Positions 1-8,638 of a stretch of 60,525 bases of DNA are shown here, one piece after another; position 1 is the stretch's first letter, and every line of letters begins with the position of its first letter. The stretch comes from Patescibacteria group bacterium (GTDB lineage Bacteria; Patescibacteriota; Minisyncoccia; UBA6257; Colwellbacteraceae), in the NCBI GenBank assembly GCA_022705565.1, contig JAKJEF010000002.1, positions 1 to 60,525 of the forward strand, written 5' to 3'. The notes under the pieces are model-generated. The model searched no databases, had not been told where the DNA came from, and saw only the letters and a list, made by a program, of their open reading frames with translations. The position numbers and the translations under genes are program-made.

Positions 1-111
1 TCGGCTTTCTTCCCGCCCGCAGGAGGGGTCTGGGGAGGAATGCGGGCGGGTTTTTGAACCTTTCCTTTTTCGCTTCCGAATTTCGTATTTTGCAAAGCAA
101 AATGCGCCACC
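1..111. repeat. Left copy of the inverted repeat (may be truncated by the window edge)
   Basis: The reverse complement of 1..111 aligns with 3713..3826 in identical blocks of 8, 35, 17 and 24 nt. It has a 10-bp GC stem (12..21 with 41..50) followed by TTTTT, and a 7-bp hairpin at 87..103. Confidence 0.85.
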
Positions 112-209
112 AAAAGAGATGTTGCCCTTGACCCACCCAACCCATTCGCGGGCAACGCTAAGGAACTCCCTAAAGATTCATTTACAATTTTATAAAAATT
201 AGTTATCAT

Positions 210-255
210 TATAGTATCAAGAAAGAAACCTTTATATTATATTCTATATACTATA
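210..255 (+). promoter_or_regulatory. Possible operator/promoter of the RM operon: inverted repeat TATAGTAT-N30-ATACTATA overlapping a TATAAT at 252..257
   Basis: 8-bp inverted repeat at 210..217 and 248..255, with a TATAAT hexamer 21 nt upstream of the HTH start. The background is AT-rich, so chance matches are likely. Confidence 0.2.
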
Positions 256-277
256 ATGTTATACAATTAGAAAAGAT

Positions 278-481
278 ATGTCAAATAATAAAATTGCTGA
301 AAACATTAAGAAACTGCGGGCTAAAAAGGGGCTATCTCTCGAAAAGATTGCCCGCCTTGCCGATTTATCGCTAAACACCATTGTTAAGGTTGAAAATGGC
401 GTAAATACAAACCCGACTATTGAAACATTAACCAAAATCGCCAAGGCGCTTGAGGTTGGTGTTGATGATTTAATAAAGTAG
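278..481 (+). CDS. XRE-family helix-turn-helix regulator, controller (C)-protein-like
   Basis: 67 aa. The pattern LRAKKGLSLEKIARLADLSLNTIVKVENG is typical of XRE HTH proteins. The gene ends 4 nt before the RM gene. Confidence 0.85.
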   Translation: MSNNKIAENIKKLRAKKGLSLEKIARLADLSLNTIVKVENGVNTNPTIETLTKIAKALEVGVDDLIK

Positions 482-485
482 AAAT

Positions 486-3077
486 ATGACTAAAGAAGAA
501 GCCAAACAACAAATTCAAAAACTCGTTGAGAAATATCAAAGAGTTTTATCAGAGGGGAAAATAAAATCCTACAATGAAGCTCAAAGCAGAAATGAGTTTA
601 TTGAGCCTCTTTTTGAATTTCTCGGTTGGGATATGAGAAATCTAACGACTGACAACGAAGTTACCACCGAAGAAAATGTTTCAGGCGGTAGAGTTGATTT
701 GGCTTTTCGTTTTGGCAACATACCAGTTTTCTTTTTAGAAGCAAAGGCGATGAAAGTTGATTTGGACGAATGGAAATGGGCGGAACAAGCAATAAATTAT
801 AGCTGGAACAAAAATGTTACTTGGGCGGTTTTAACAGATTTTGAAAGTATTAAAATTTTTAATGCCGAAATTCCGCCAAAAAGTATTTCGCAAAATCTTT
901 TTATTGAGCTTAATTGCCGAGATTTTATAAACCGCTTTGACCAGCTTTGGCTTTTATCAAAAGAAAGTTTTGAGCAAAAGCTTTTAGACAAAGAGGCTCA
1001 AAAGTGGGGCAAGCTCACACAAAGAAAACAAGTTGGCGAAAAACTTTTTGAAGATTTGATGTCTTGGCGTATTTCGCTCACAAATGATTTCAAAAAGCAG
1101 AATAATTTGACCGATGAAGAATTAGACGAAGGAGTGCAAAGAATTCTTGATCGTCTTATTTTTATTCGCACCGCCGAAGATAGAAAAATAGAACCCAATA
1201 TTTTAATTGGAATTTTACGAGGTGGAAAATCCGACCAATACAAACAGTTAGTAAAAGTTTTTCGTGATTTTGATGACGGATTTAATTCAAAACTTTTCGC
1301 ACCCCACTATTGCGAAGAGTGGAAAGTGAGTGATAAAACAGTTGGCGAAGTTATAAAAGGGTTGTATGAAACAAAAGACGGCTATCGCTATGATTTTTCT
1401 GTAATTTCCGCCGATGTTTTGGGCGGAATTTATGAGCAGTATTTAAGTTTTGTTCAGGTTCGCAAAGGCGAAGACAAAACAAAATCAAAAAGAAAATCTC
1501 AAGGAATATATTACACGCCAAAATATATCGTTGAATTTATCGTAAAAGAAACTTTGGGCGAGGTTTTGAAAAAGACGAAACCAAAAGAATTAGCAAAAAT
1601 TAAAGTTCTTGATCCTGCTTGCGGTTCAGGCTCTTTCTTAAATATTGCTTACGATAAAATTTTAGAAACTTTGACAAAGCAAAATCCTCAAACTTCGCTT
1701 TTCGCCAAATTTGATATTTTGAAAGAAAATATTTTTGGCGTTGACCTTGACGCACAAGCTGTGGAAATCGCCCAATTAAATCTTTTACTGAAAGTCTTGT
1801 CTCAAAAAACAAAATTGCCTACACTTCTGCATAATTTAACCTCTGGCAATTCACTCGTTTCAGGCGAAACCGAAAATTTGGAAAAATATTTTGGTTCTGA
1901 CTATCGCGAGCAAAAACCTTTTAATTTTGAAAACAAATTTAAGGAAGTTTTTGATCAAGGTGGTTTTGACGTGATTATTGGAAACCCGCCTTATGGTGCC
2001 GCATTATCAAAAACACAACAAGAATATTTCAAAAATATTTATGATATTGGCTCAACAGATACGGCGATTTTGTTTATAAAAAAATCGTTGGAATTATTAA
2101 AAGACGGAGGAAAATTAGGATTCATTGTCCCCAAGGCTCTATGTTTTGCTTCAAATTGGAATAAAATCAGAGAATATATTTGGGATAATACGGAAACAAT
2201 CATTGATTGTGGAAAAGCGTGGAAAGAAGTTAAACTTGAACAGGTTGTCTTTATTTTGAAAAAAGGCAAAAAATCAGCAAGTTATACTTCGGGAAAATTT
2301 GAAAACGGTAATCTTAAAATTTTAGGGAAAATCAACAAAAAAGACGCGGAAGATTTTGGATTTTTCTTGAATAGTATTTTCGAATCGGAATTATCTATTG
2401 CTAAAAAAATAAAATCAAATTCAATATTCTTGAATGATGTAAGCTCCAATCAGCGAGGAGCGATTTTGCAAAAATTCATTTCAGAAACAGGAGATAAAGA
2501 AGTCATTGGCGGAGCGCAAACTCAAAAATTCGGAATCATCGGAATAAAAGGAAAAATTGATAAAAATAAAATTGATAATGATCAAGCTTTTATAAAAAAT
2601 AATTCGGTTCTTATCCAAAATATCGTAGCTCATATTGAAAATCCGATTGACCATATAAAAATAATCGCTTGTGTTCCAGAAAGAAATGATTACATTATCG
2701 TTGACACAATAAACCAAATTTCTCTTAATGGCGATATTGATAAAAATGTGATCTGGTATTTGCTTAATTCCAAGTTGATGAGTTGGTATGCCTATCGCTT
2801 TATTTTTGGTAAAGCAATTCGCACCATGCATTTTGATAACTCAATAACAGCTCGTCTGCCAATTCCAAAAGATATTAAAAGTTTGCAAAATGAATTAGCA
2901 AAGCCGATCAATGAATTTCTAAAACTTGGCAAAGAATTTCAAAATACGCCAGCAAAAACCGATAAATCAAATAATTTGAAAATTGAAATGGAAAAAATGG
3001 AAAAGGAAATTGATGGGGTAATTTATAAATCTTATGGACTTACAATTGATGAAATCGAAATAATTGAAAAAATATGA
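486..3077 (+). CDS. Type IIG restriction enzyme / N6-adenine DNA methyltransferase (single-chain REase-MTase-TRD)
   Basis: 863 aa. N-terminal PD-(D/E)xK-like segment GGRVDLAF..FFLEAK, SAM motif I VLDPACGSGSFL, motif IV IIGNPPYG, and a long C-terminal region consistent with a target-recognition domain. Confidence 0.85.
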   Translation: MTKEEAKQQIQKLVEKYQRVLSEGKIKSYNEAQSRNEFIEPLFEFLGWDMRNLTTDNEVTTEENVSGGRVDLAFRFGNIPVFFLEAKAMKVDLDEWKWAEQAINYSWNKNVTWAVLTDFESIKIFNAEIPPKSISQNLFIELNCRDFINRFDQLWLLSKESFEQKLLDKEAQKWGKLTQRKQVGEKLFEDLMSWRISLTNDFKKQNNLTDEELDEGVQRILDRLIFIRTAEDRKIEPNILIGILRGGKSDQYKQLVKVFRDFDDGFNSKLFAPHYCEEWKVSDKTVGEVIKGLYETKDGYRYDFSVISADVLGGIYEQYLSFVQVRKGEDKTKSKRKSQGIYYTPKYIVEFIVKETLGEVLKKTKPKELAKIKVLDPACGSGSFLNIAYDKILETLTKQNPQTSLFAKFDILKENIFGVDLDAQAVEIAQLNLLLKVLSQKTKLPTLLHNLTSGNSLVSGETENLEKYFGSDYREQKPFNFENKFKEVFDQGGFDVIIGNPPYGAALSKTQQEYFKNIYDIGSTDTAILFIKKSLELLKDGGKLGFIVPKALCFASNWNKIREYIWDNTETIIDCGKAWKEVKLEQVVFILKKGKKSASYTSGKFENGNLKILGKINKKDAEDFGFFLNSIFESELSIAKKIKSNSIFLNDVSSNQRGAILQKFISETGDKEVIGGAQTQKFGIIGIKGKIDKNKIDNDQAFIKNNSVLIQNIVAHIENPIDHIKIIACVPERNDYIIVDTINQISLNGDIDKNVIWYLLNSKLMSWYAYRFIFGKAIRTMHFDNSITARLPIPKDIKSLQNELAKPINEFLKLGKEFQNTPAKTDKSNNLKIEMEKMEKEIDGVIYKSYGLTIDEIEIIEKI

Positions 3078-3589
3078 GTAGCGAAAATTTAGATTTAATT
3101 TTTCAAGAAGTAAAAGATCGATTAAAAGATCAGCTTCTTACAGCGGATCAATTAGCAACAAAGTTAAATTTTCTTTTGGGCTTTAATACTATTGTGATAG
3201 CTGCAATATTTCCAGGGTTGTTTGACAAAGTTCAAATAGACAAATTGGATATTCATCCGATTATTATTTTTGTCATTGCTTTTTTCCTGTTATCTATTTA
3301 CTTTGATTTAAAAGGATTAAAAATCCAAAAATATAGAAGAGATCCAGACCCCGAACAACTTTATAAAAAATATATAAATTCTGAGGCAGATGATACAAAA
3401 AAAGTTCTTATTTCTAATTATATTGCATCGTTTAAAGAAAACCTTTGTAAATTATCACCTGTTAGAAAATGTTTTCGTGCTTCGGTTATATTATCATCAA
3501 TAGCACTAATGCTAATATTTATATTTTTTGCTAAAGATAGTATACTTACAATATGGCAAATATTAACAACAACAATATGTCAAAAATAG
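3074..3589 (+). CDS. Hypothetical 3-TM membrane protein, translationally coupled to the RM gene
   Basis: 171 aa. Its ATG overlaps the RM stop (ATGA). Hydrophobic segments lie at about residues 33-50, 62-78 and 137-153. I recognise no family with certainty. Confidence 0.6.
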   Translation: MSSENLDLIFQEVKDRLKDQLLTADQLATKLNFLLGFNTIVIAAIFPGLFDKVQIDKLDIHPIIIFVIAFFLLSIYFDLKGLKIQKYRRDPDPEQLYKKYINSEADDTKKVLISNYIASFKENLCKLSPVRKCFRASVILSSIALMLIFIFFAKDSILTIWQILTTTICQK

Positions 3590-3711
3590 ATGATGACGAG
3601 AAGAAGCCCGTAACTCCCGCAGTAGAACCTGATACGGATTTGCAAAGTTACGAAGAAAAAGGATTTACCCCAGAAAAGAAAGACGACGGTAACTCCGATA
3701 ATAAAAAGTAA
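3577..3711 (+). CDS. Small acidic/lysine-rich ORF (44 codons), below the ORF-track cutoff
   Basis: My translation is MSKIDDDEKKPVTPAVEPDTDLQSYEEKGFTPEKKDDGNSDNKK. It overlaps the preceding ORF by 13 nt and its stop lies 2 nt before the right repeat. Confidence 0.25.
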   Translation: MSKIDDDEKKPVTPAVEPDTDLQSYEEKGFTPEKKDDGNSDNKK

Positions 3712-3712
3712 A

Positions 3713-3826
3713 GGTGGCGCGCCAGTTTTCAACTGGCACGAAATTCGGAAGCGAAAAAGGAAAGGTTCAAAATCCCGCCCGCATTCCTCCTCGAGACCTC
3801 GCTCCTGCGGGCGGGAAGAAAGCCGA
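3713..3826. repeat. Right copy of the inverted repeat
   Basis: See 1..111. It has a hairpin gccagtt-ttc-aactggc at 3721..3737 and a GC stem (3774..3783 with 3806..3815). Confidence 0.85.
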
Positions 3827-3988
3827 GGCGAGGCAATTCTATTTCCCCAGAAAAATAGTTTGCCCCGCCGAGTCCAAATTAGTTTTCGGGATTTTGCTCA
3901 AAAAATATTCGAACTTCGTCCAAAAAACACCGCCACAATGATTAAAGGCCCTGGTGCTCGATAAAACCCGCCTGAACCGCGAAACAAA

Positions 3989-5074
3989 ATGACCGACGAA
4001 ACAACCAAAATCAAACTTGAAGACCTTGGCTACGATGAATTTTTCGATTCGAAATACAGGTCTTCGGGACTCGAAGGCTTATCGATCGGCCGAGTCGTTG
4101 CCGAACACAAAGAAGCTTACAGGGTGAAAAGCCCGAATGGCGAGTATCTGGCCAAGATTACAGGGAAACAGATATTTAAAGCCGTGAAAAGAGCGGACTA
4201 TCCCGCTGTCGGCGACTGGGTGGCGATTTCCGAATTGGACGGGAAAAAGGCGGTCATCCGTCATATTTTGCCGAGAAAAACCATACTCAAGAAAAAGTAC
4301 AGCGACAAACAGGACGCGCAGGTTATCGCTGCGAATATCGACACGGCCTTTATCGTGGAAGCGATGGACCGGGATTATAATCTCAACCGCTTGGAAAGAT
4401 ATCTGGTTTTAACGAACGAAGCCGGCATCGAACCGGTTATCGTGTTGAATAAAACCGATTTGATTCCGGAAATCGAACTGGACCAAAGAATAAAAGAAAT
4501 CAAAAACAGATTCGGCGAAATCGACGTTCTCCGGACGAGCGCCGTTGAGAACCGCGGGCTCGACGAGCTCACGAATCGCATCTCCAAAGGGAAAACATAT
4601 TGCTTCCTCGGATCATCGGGAGTCGGAAAATCTTCTTTGATAAACAAATTACTGAAGAAAAATGCCATCGAAACAAGGGAAATAAGCGGATCCACCGGCA
4701 AAGGCAGACACACGACTACGACGAGAGAAATGTATTTTTTGGAAAGCGGCGGGATCGTGATCGACAATCCGGGCACGAGAGAGGTCGGGATAACGGAAGC
4801 AGGCACCGGCATCGAACATGTATTCGACGAAATAATCTCCTTGTCCCAAAAATGTAAATACGTCGATTGCGCGCATGTCCGCGAACCGGGATGCGCTGTC
4901 CTCCAAGCCCTTCGGGAAGGAAAACTGGACAAAGCCAAATATGAAAACTACATCAAGCTGAGAAAAGAAAACGAATTCTACGAAATGACCGACGCGGATA
5001 AGAAAAAGAAAGAGCGCCGGTTCGGGAAATTCCTGAAAAAAGCGATAGACCAGCTGAAAGAACTCGAGTCTTAA
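3989..5074 (+). CDS. rsgA: Ribosome small-subunit-dependent GTPase A
   Basis: Circularly permuted GTPase motifs VLNKTDL, GSSGVGKSSLIN and GRHTTT, plus a C-terminal Zn knuckle CKYVDCAHVREPGCAV. Confidence 0.9.
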   Translation: MTDETTKIKLEDLGYDEFFDSKYRSSGLEGLSIGRVVAEHKEAYRVKSPNGEYLAKITGKQIFKAVKRADYPAVGDWVAISELDGKKAVIRHILPRKTILKKKYSDKQDAQVIAANIDTAFIVEAMDRDYNLNRLERYLVLTNEAGIEPVIVLNKTDLIPEIELDQRIKEIKNRFGEIDVLRTSAVENRGLDELTNRISKGKTYCFLGSSGVGKSSLINKLLKKNAIETREISGSTGKGRHTTTTREMYFLESGGIVIDNPGTREVGITEAGTGIEHVFDEIISLSQKCKYVDCAHVREPGCAVLQALREGKLDKAKYENYIKLRKENEFYEMTDADKKKKERRFGKFLKKAIDQLKELES

Positions 5075-5079
5075 AAAAA

Positions 5080-5970
5080 TCAAAGGCTCATCTCCCGCAG
5101 TCTTTGGATTCTTTCTTCGATCGGAGGATGGGTGGAAAAAAGATTCGATACCATTTCTTTCGATTTAAGAGGGTTGACTATCCAAAGATGGGCCGTGGCC
5201 GAACCAGCCGATCGAAGCGGGGTTCGATCGTTCGAGATTTTTTGGAGGGCGGAGGCCAAACCTTCGGGATAACGCGTCAAAAGTGCGGATGAAGCATCGG
5301 CCAGAAATTCCCTTTTCCGGGAAATGGCGAGTTGGATCAGGTTGACGGCGATCGGCGCGAGTATGGCAAAAATAAGTCCTACCAAATACAGAACTCCCCG
5401 GAGCTCCCGATCGTCGTCGCTCCTCCGTGATCTTTGGGGCAGACGCATGAAAATGTCCGCGAGTATGGCGACAAATCCGACAAGCACGGCGGCCGTGGTC
5501 GCGATCAAAGTGTCGCGGTTCTCTATGTGGCTCAACTCGTGGCCCAAAACCCCTTCCAATTCCTGTCTGTCCAATTTTTGAAGCAAGCCGGTGGTGACGG
5601 CGATCGCCGAATGGTCCGGGCTCCGGCCGGTCGCGAAAGCGTTGGGGCTCGGATCGTCCACGATGTATATTTCCGGCTGGGCCGCGCCGGCGGCGATAGC
5701 CAAATTTTCCACCAGACGATGGAGTTCGGGGTTGTCTCGCCGCGCGACCGGTTTAGCGCCAGCAAGTCTGAGGGCGATATTGTCGGAGAAAAGAAAACTC
5801 CCGGCGCTCATGAAGACGCTGAAAACGATCGCTCCGAGCAGTATGGCCGGATTGTCGTAAAAATATCCGAATCCCCAGCCGAGACCGATGACCACAGCAA
5901 TGAAAACCGTGAAAAGCATCCACGTTCTTTTCACGTTCGCCTCTTTTTCCGTATAAATGTTTCTGGCCAT
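5080..5970 (-). CDS. htpX: Zinc metalloprotease HtpX (M48 family)
   Basis: 296 aa with N-terminal TM helices and the HEXXH motif HELSHIENRD. Confidence 0.9.
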   Translation of the reverse strand: MARNIYTEKEANVKRTWMLFTVFIAVVIGLGWGFGYFYDNPAILLGAIVFSVFMSAGSFLFSDNIALRLAGAKPVARRDNPELHRLVENLAIAAGAAQPEIYIVDDPSPNAFATGRSPDHSAIAVTTGLLQKLDRQELEGVLGHELSHIENRDTLIATTAAVLVGFVAILADIFMRLPQRSRRSDDDRELRGVLYLVGLIFAILAPIAVNLIQLAISRKREFLADASSALLTRYPEGLASALQKISNDRTPLRSAGSATAHLWIVNPLKSKEMVSNLFSTHPPIEERIQRLREMSL

Positions 5971-6023
5971 TGTATTCGTTAAATCCGCGGATGGTAAAAA
6001 AGCGCCTTCCGTTTTAAATAAAG

Positions 6024-6569
6024 TTAAAACTGGACTTTAACCGGTTCTTTTTCTCCGGCCTCGGTTTCGAAGAACGGCTCCGCTTTGAATCCGAAAACTC
6101 CGGCGATCAGATTGGTCGGAAACCTCTGAACTCTGATATTCATTTCCCTGACGTTGCTGTTGTAGAATCGACGGGCCGCCTGGATTTTGTTTTCGGTGTC
6201 GGCGAGCTCGCGCTGAAGCTCCACGAAATTGGTGTTGGCTTTAAGTTCGGGATAGTTCTCGGAAACCGCGAAAAGGGTTTTCAAGGTCCCGCTCAAGGCG
6301 CTTTCGGCCTTATCCCTTTCCAAGGGATTTCCCTTGCTTTGGGCGACGCTCGCCCTCGCCTCGGTTACCTTTTCCAAAACATTGGCTTCGTGCGACATAT
6401 AGCCTTTAACCGTTTCCACCAGATTGGGGATCAGATCAAAACGTCTTTTTAATTGGACATCGATGTCGGACAAAGCCTCCTTGACCCTGGTTTTCAGGGT
6501 CACCAGGCTGTTGTAAGAACCGACCAACCAGAGAAAGATTACCGCGATTACACCTAATAAAAGATACAT
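6024..6569 (-). CDS. lemA: LemA family protein
   Basis: 181 aa with an N-terminal TM helix and a typical LemA sequence (NSLVTLKTRVKEALSDIDVQLKRRFDLIPNLVETVKGY). Confidence 0.85.
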   Translation of the reverse strand: MYLLLGVIAVIFLWLVGSYNSLVTLKTRVKEALSDIDVQLKRRFDLIPNLVETVKGYMSHEANVLEKVTEARASVAQSKGNPLERDKAESALSGTLKTLFAVSENYPELKANTNFVELQRELADTENKIQAARRFYNSNVREMNIRVQRFPTNLIAGVFGFKAEPFFETEAGEKEPVKVQF

Positions 6570-6623
6570 ATTGATTGCTTTATTTGTTTTTAACGACTGT
6601 TTTGATTATAACACGAAGGCTAA

Positions 6624-6646
6624 AACCGCGCTTTTTGGGCGCGGTT
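6624..6646 (-). terminator. Stem-loop downstream of groEL
   Basis: 8-bp stem aaccgcgc/gcgcggtt with a 7-nt loop. The minus strand has only a short T-run after it. Confidence 0.4.
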
Positions 6647-6656
6647 AAAAGGCAAA

Positions 6657-8276
6657 CTAGTATTCCGGCATTTCCGGATGGTTGTGTTCTTCTTTTTTCG
6701 GAATGTCGGTGATGGCCGAACCAATGGTGAGATAATTGCTCGCCACGGAAACGGCGTTCACGAAGGCGGTTTTCGTCACTTTGAGTGGATCAATAATCCC
6801 TTTTTCCTTGAGATCGCAGAATTCGTTCGTCAAAGCGTTGAATCCCCACCATTTCTTGCCTTCGGCTTCTTTTTTTAATTGCGGGACGATCTCGTCCGGC
6901 TTTTCTCCGCTGTTTAGGACAATGGCGTTTATCGGCGCTTGAAGGGCTTTGGAGATCACCTTGGCGGCCGCGGCCTCAACCGCTCCGCCCGAAATGGATA
7001 TCTTCCCCTCGACATTGAAAAGCGCCATGCCGCCTCCGGGAATAATACCTTCTTCCATGGCCGCCTTGGTGGCGGCAACGGCGTCTTCCACCCTTTGCTT
7101 CAATTCTTTCTGGCTCGATTCCGTGGGCGCTCCGACTTTAATGACCGCCACGCCGCCGGAAAGCTTGCCCAAACGCTCTTCCAGTTTTTCTTTGTCGTAA
7201 TCAGAATCGGTTTTCTGGATTTGCGCCTTGAGCTGGCTGATACGGGAATCGATGGCTTTCTTGTCTCCGGCTCCGCCGACGATCGTCGTATTGTCTTTGG
7301 TCGACACCACGCGATGGGCCCGTCCCAAAGCGGTCACATCCACTCCCTCGATCTTTCTTCCGAGCTCTTCGGAGATAAACTCCGCTCCGGTAACGGTGGC
7401 GATATCCTGGAGCATTTCTTTTCTCCTGTCGCCGAATCCCGGCGCCTTCACCGCCAAGACGTTAAAGATCCCTCTCAATTTATTGACCACGAGCGTGGCC
7501 AAAGCTTCGCCGTCCACGTCGTCGGCGACGATCACTAATTCCTTTTTGCCGACTTTGATCAGTTTTTCCAAAAGCGGCAAAAGATCGTTGATGGCCGAAA
7601 TCTTCTGATCGGTGACAAGGATATAGGGGTCTTCGAGTACCGCCTCCATTCTTTCCGGATTGGAAATCATGTACTGCGAGATATATCCTTTATCGAACTG
7701 CATTCCCTCGACGATCTCGTAGGAATTGCTCACCGTATTCGAATCCTCTATGGTGACGACGCCTTCCTTGCCGATTTTCTTCATCACTTCGGCGATCAAC
7801 TTTCCGATTTCATTATTTTTCGCCGACAGCGTGGCCACTTCTTCCACTTTCTTGTCGTCGTCGATCAATTCTTTCTGATCTTCCAGAGCCTTGATCACCG
7901 CATCGCTTCCTTTTTTCAAAGCTTCGGAAAGCTGGATGACATTGAATCCTTTGTCGCTTATCTGACGCTCGCCTTCCTCGATCATGGCGTGGGCCAAGAC
8001 CACGGCCGTGGTCGTGCCGTCCCCGACATTATCGTTCGTCTTGTCGGCCGCCTGTTTCAGCAAATCGGCTCCGAGATTCTCGTATTTGTCTTCGAGCTCG
8101 ATTTCCTTGGCGACGGTGACGCCGTCAAACGTCACCTGCGGGGCACCGTATCCTTTTTCGATGACCATCGCCCGTCCGCGCGGACCCAAAGTCATGGTGA
8201 CGGCTCGCGCCAATTTGTCTATTCCTTTTTTCAAGGATTTTCTCGCTTCTTCGTCGAATAAAATTTGTTTAGCCAT
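6657..8276 (-). CDS. groL: Chaperonin GroEL
   Basis: 539 aa that reads as GroEL along its full length (AVKAPGFGDRRKEMLQDIA and more). Confidence 0.97.
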   Translation of the reverse strand: MAKQILFDEEARKSLKKGIDKLARAVTMTLGPRGRAMVIEKGYGAPQVTFDGVTVAKEIELEDKYENLGADLLKQAADKTNDNVGDGTTTAVVLAHAMIEEGERQISDKGFNVIQLSEALKKGSDAVIKALEDQKELIDDDKKVEEVATLSAKNNEIGKLIAEVMKKIGKEGVVTIEDSNTVSNSYEIVEGMQFDKGYISQYMISNPERMEAVLEDPYILVTDQKISAINDLLPLLEKLIKVGKKELVIVADDVDGEALATLVVNKLRGIFNVLAVKAPGFGDRRKEMLQDIATVTGAEFISEELGRKIEGVDVTALGRAHRVVSTKDNTTIVGGAGDKKAIDSRISQLKAQIQKTDSDYDKEKLEERLGKLSGGVAVIKVGAPTESSQKELKQRVEDAVAATKAAMEEGIIPGGGMALFNVEGKISISGGAVEAAAAKVISKALQAPINAIVLNSGEKPDEIVPQLKKEAEGKKWWGFNALTNEFCDLKEKGIIDPLKVTKTAFVNAVSVASNYLTIGSAITDIPKKEEHNHPEMPEY

Positions 8277-8306
8277 GGTGTTGATTTTTTTTAAACGCGA
8301 TCCGAC

Positions 8307-8597
8307 CTATTCCACGATCGCCAGAACGTCGTCTTCGTCTCCGACCAAATATTTTTTCCCGTCGATTTCGATTTCGTCGGGACCGTATTTTTTGAATAGA
8401 ACCGTGTCGCCGACCTTGACCGACATCGGCGTCCGTTCGCCTTTTTCGTTCAATTTTCCCGATCCCACGGCGATAACTTTGCCTTTGACCGGTTTTTCTT
8501 TGTCGGCCGTATCCGGGATGATGATGCCCGACTCCGTGGCCTTTTCTTCTTCGACCGGCTCAAGGAAAATATGGTTTGATAGAGGTTTTATGTTCAT
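8307..8597 (-). CDS. groS: Co-chaperonin GroES
   Basis: 96 aa (IKPLSNHIFLEPVEEE..GKVIAVGSG), located upstream of groEL. Confidence 0.95.
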   Translation of the reverse strand: MNIKPLSNHIFLEPVEEEKATESGIIIPDTADKEKPVKGKVIAVGSGKLNEKGERTPMSVKVGDTVLFKKYGPDEIEIDGKKYLVGDEDDVLAIVE

Positions 8598-8607
8598 TTC
8601 GACTTAT

Positions 8608-8638
8608 ATTATATCATATCTTGCCGCGGTTTTGTCAA
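8608..8638 (-). promoter_or_regulatory. Putative groES promoter: TTGACA-N19-TGATATAAT (extended -10)
   Basis: On the minus strand: TTGACA at 8638..8633, TG-n-TATAAT at 8616..8608, and only 10 nt between the -10 and the ATG at 8597. Confidence 0.5.

Larger units (their letters stand above)
1..3826. mobile_element. Candidate horizontally acquired RM cassette delimited by inverted repeats (no transposase or integrase inside)
   Basis: Inverted repeats at 1..111 and 3713..3826. The interior (about 181..3712) is visibly AT-rich compared with the rest of the window. The cargo is an HTH, a Type IIG RM enzyme, a TM protein and a small ORF. Confidence 0.4.

Noticed and set aside
121-158. The hairpin gttgccc-N21-gggcaac just inside the left repeat, as an additional regulatory element.
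   Set aside because: It has a 7-bp stem with a large loop, no counterpart on the right side and no adjacent T-run. I cannot distinguish it from chance.
3714-3941. A 75-aa ORF starting at a GTG inside the right inverted repeat.
   Set aside because: It lies across the repeat and hairpin sequence, has no counterpart at the left copy and is Arg/Pro/Lys-rich. It is more likely non-coding.
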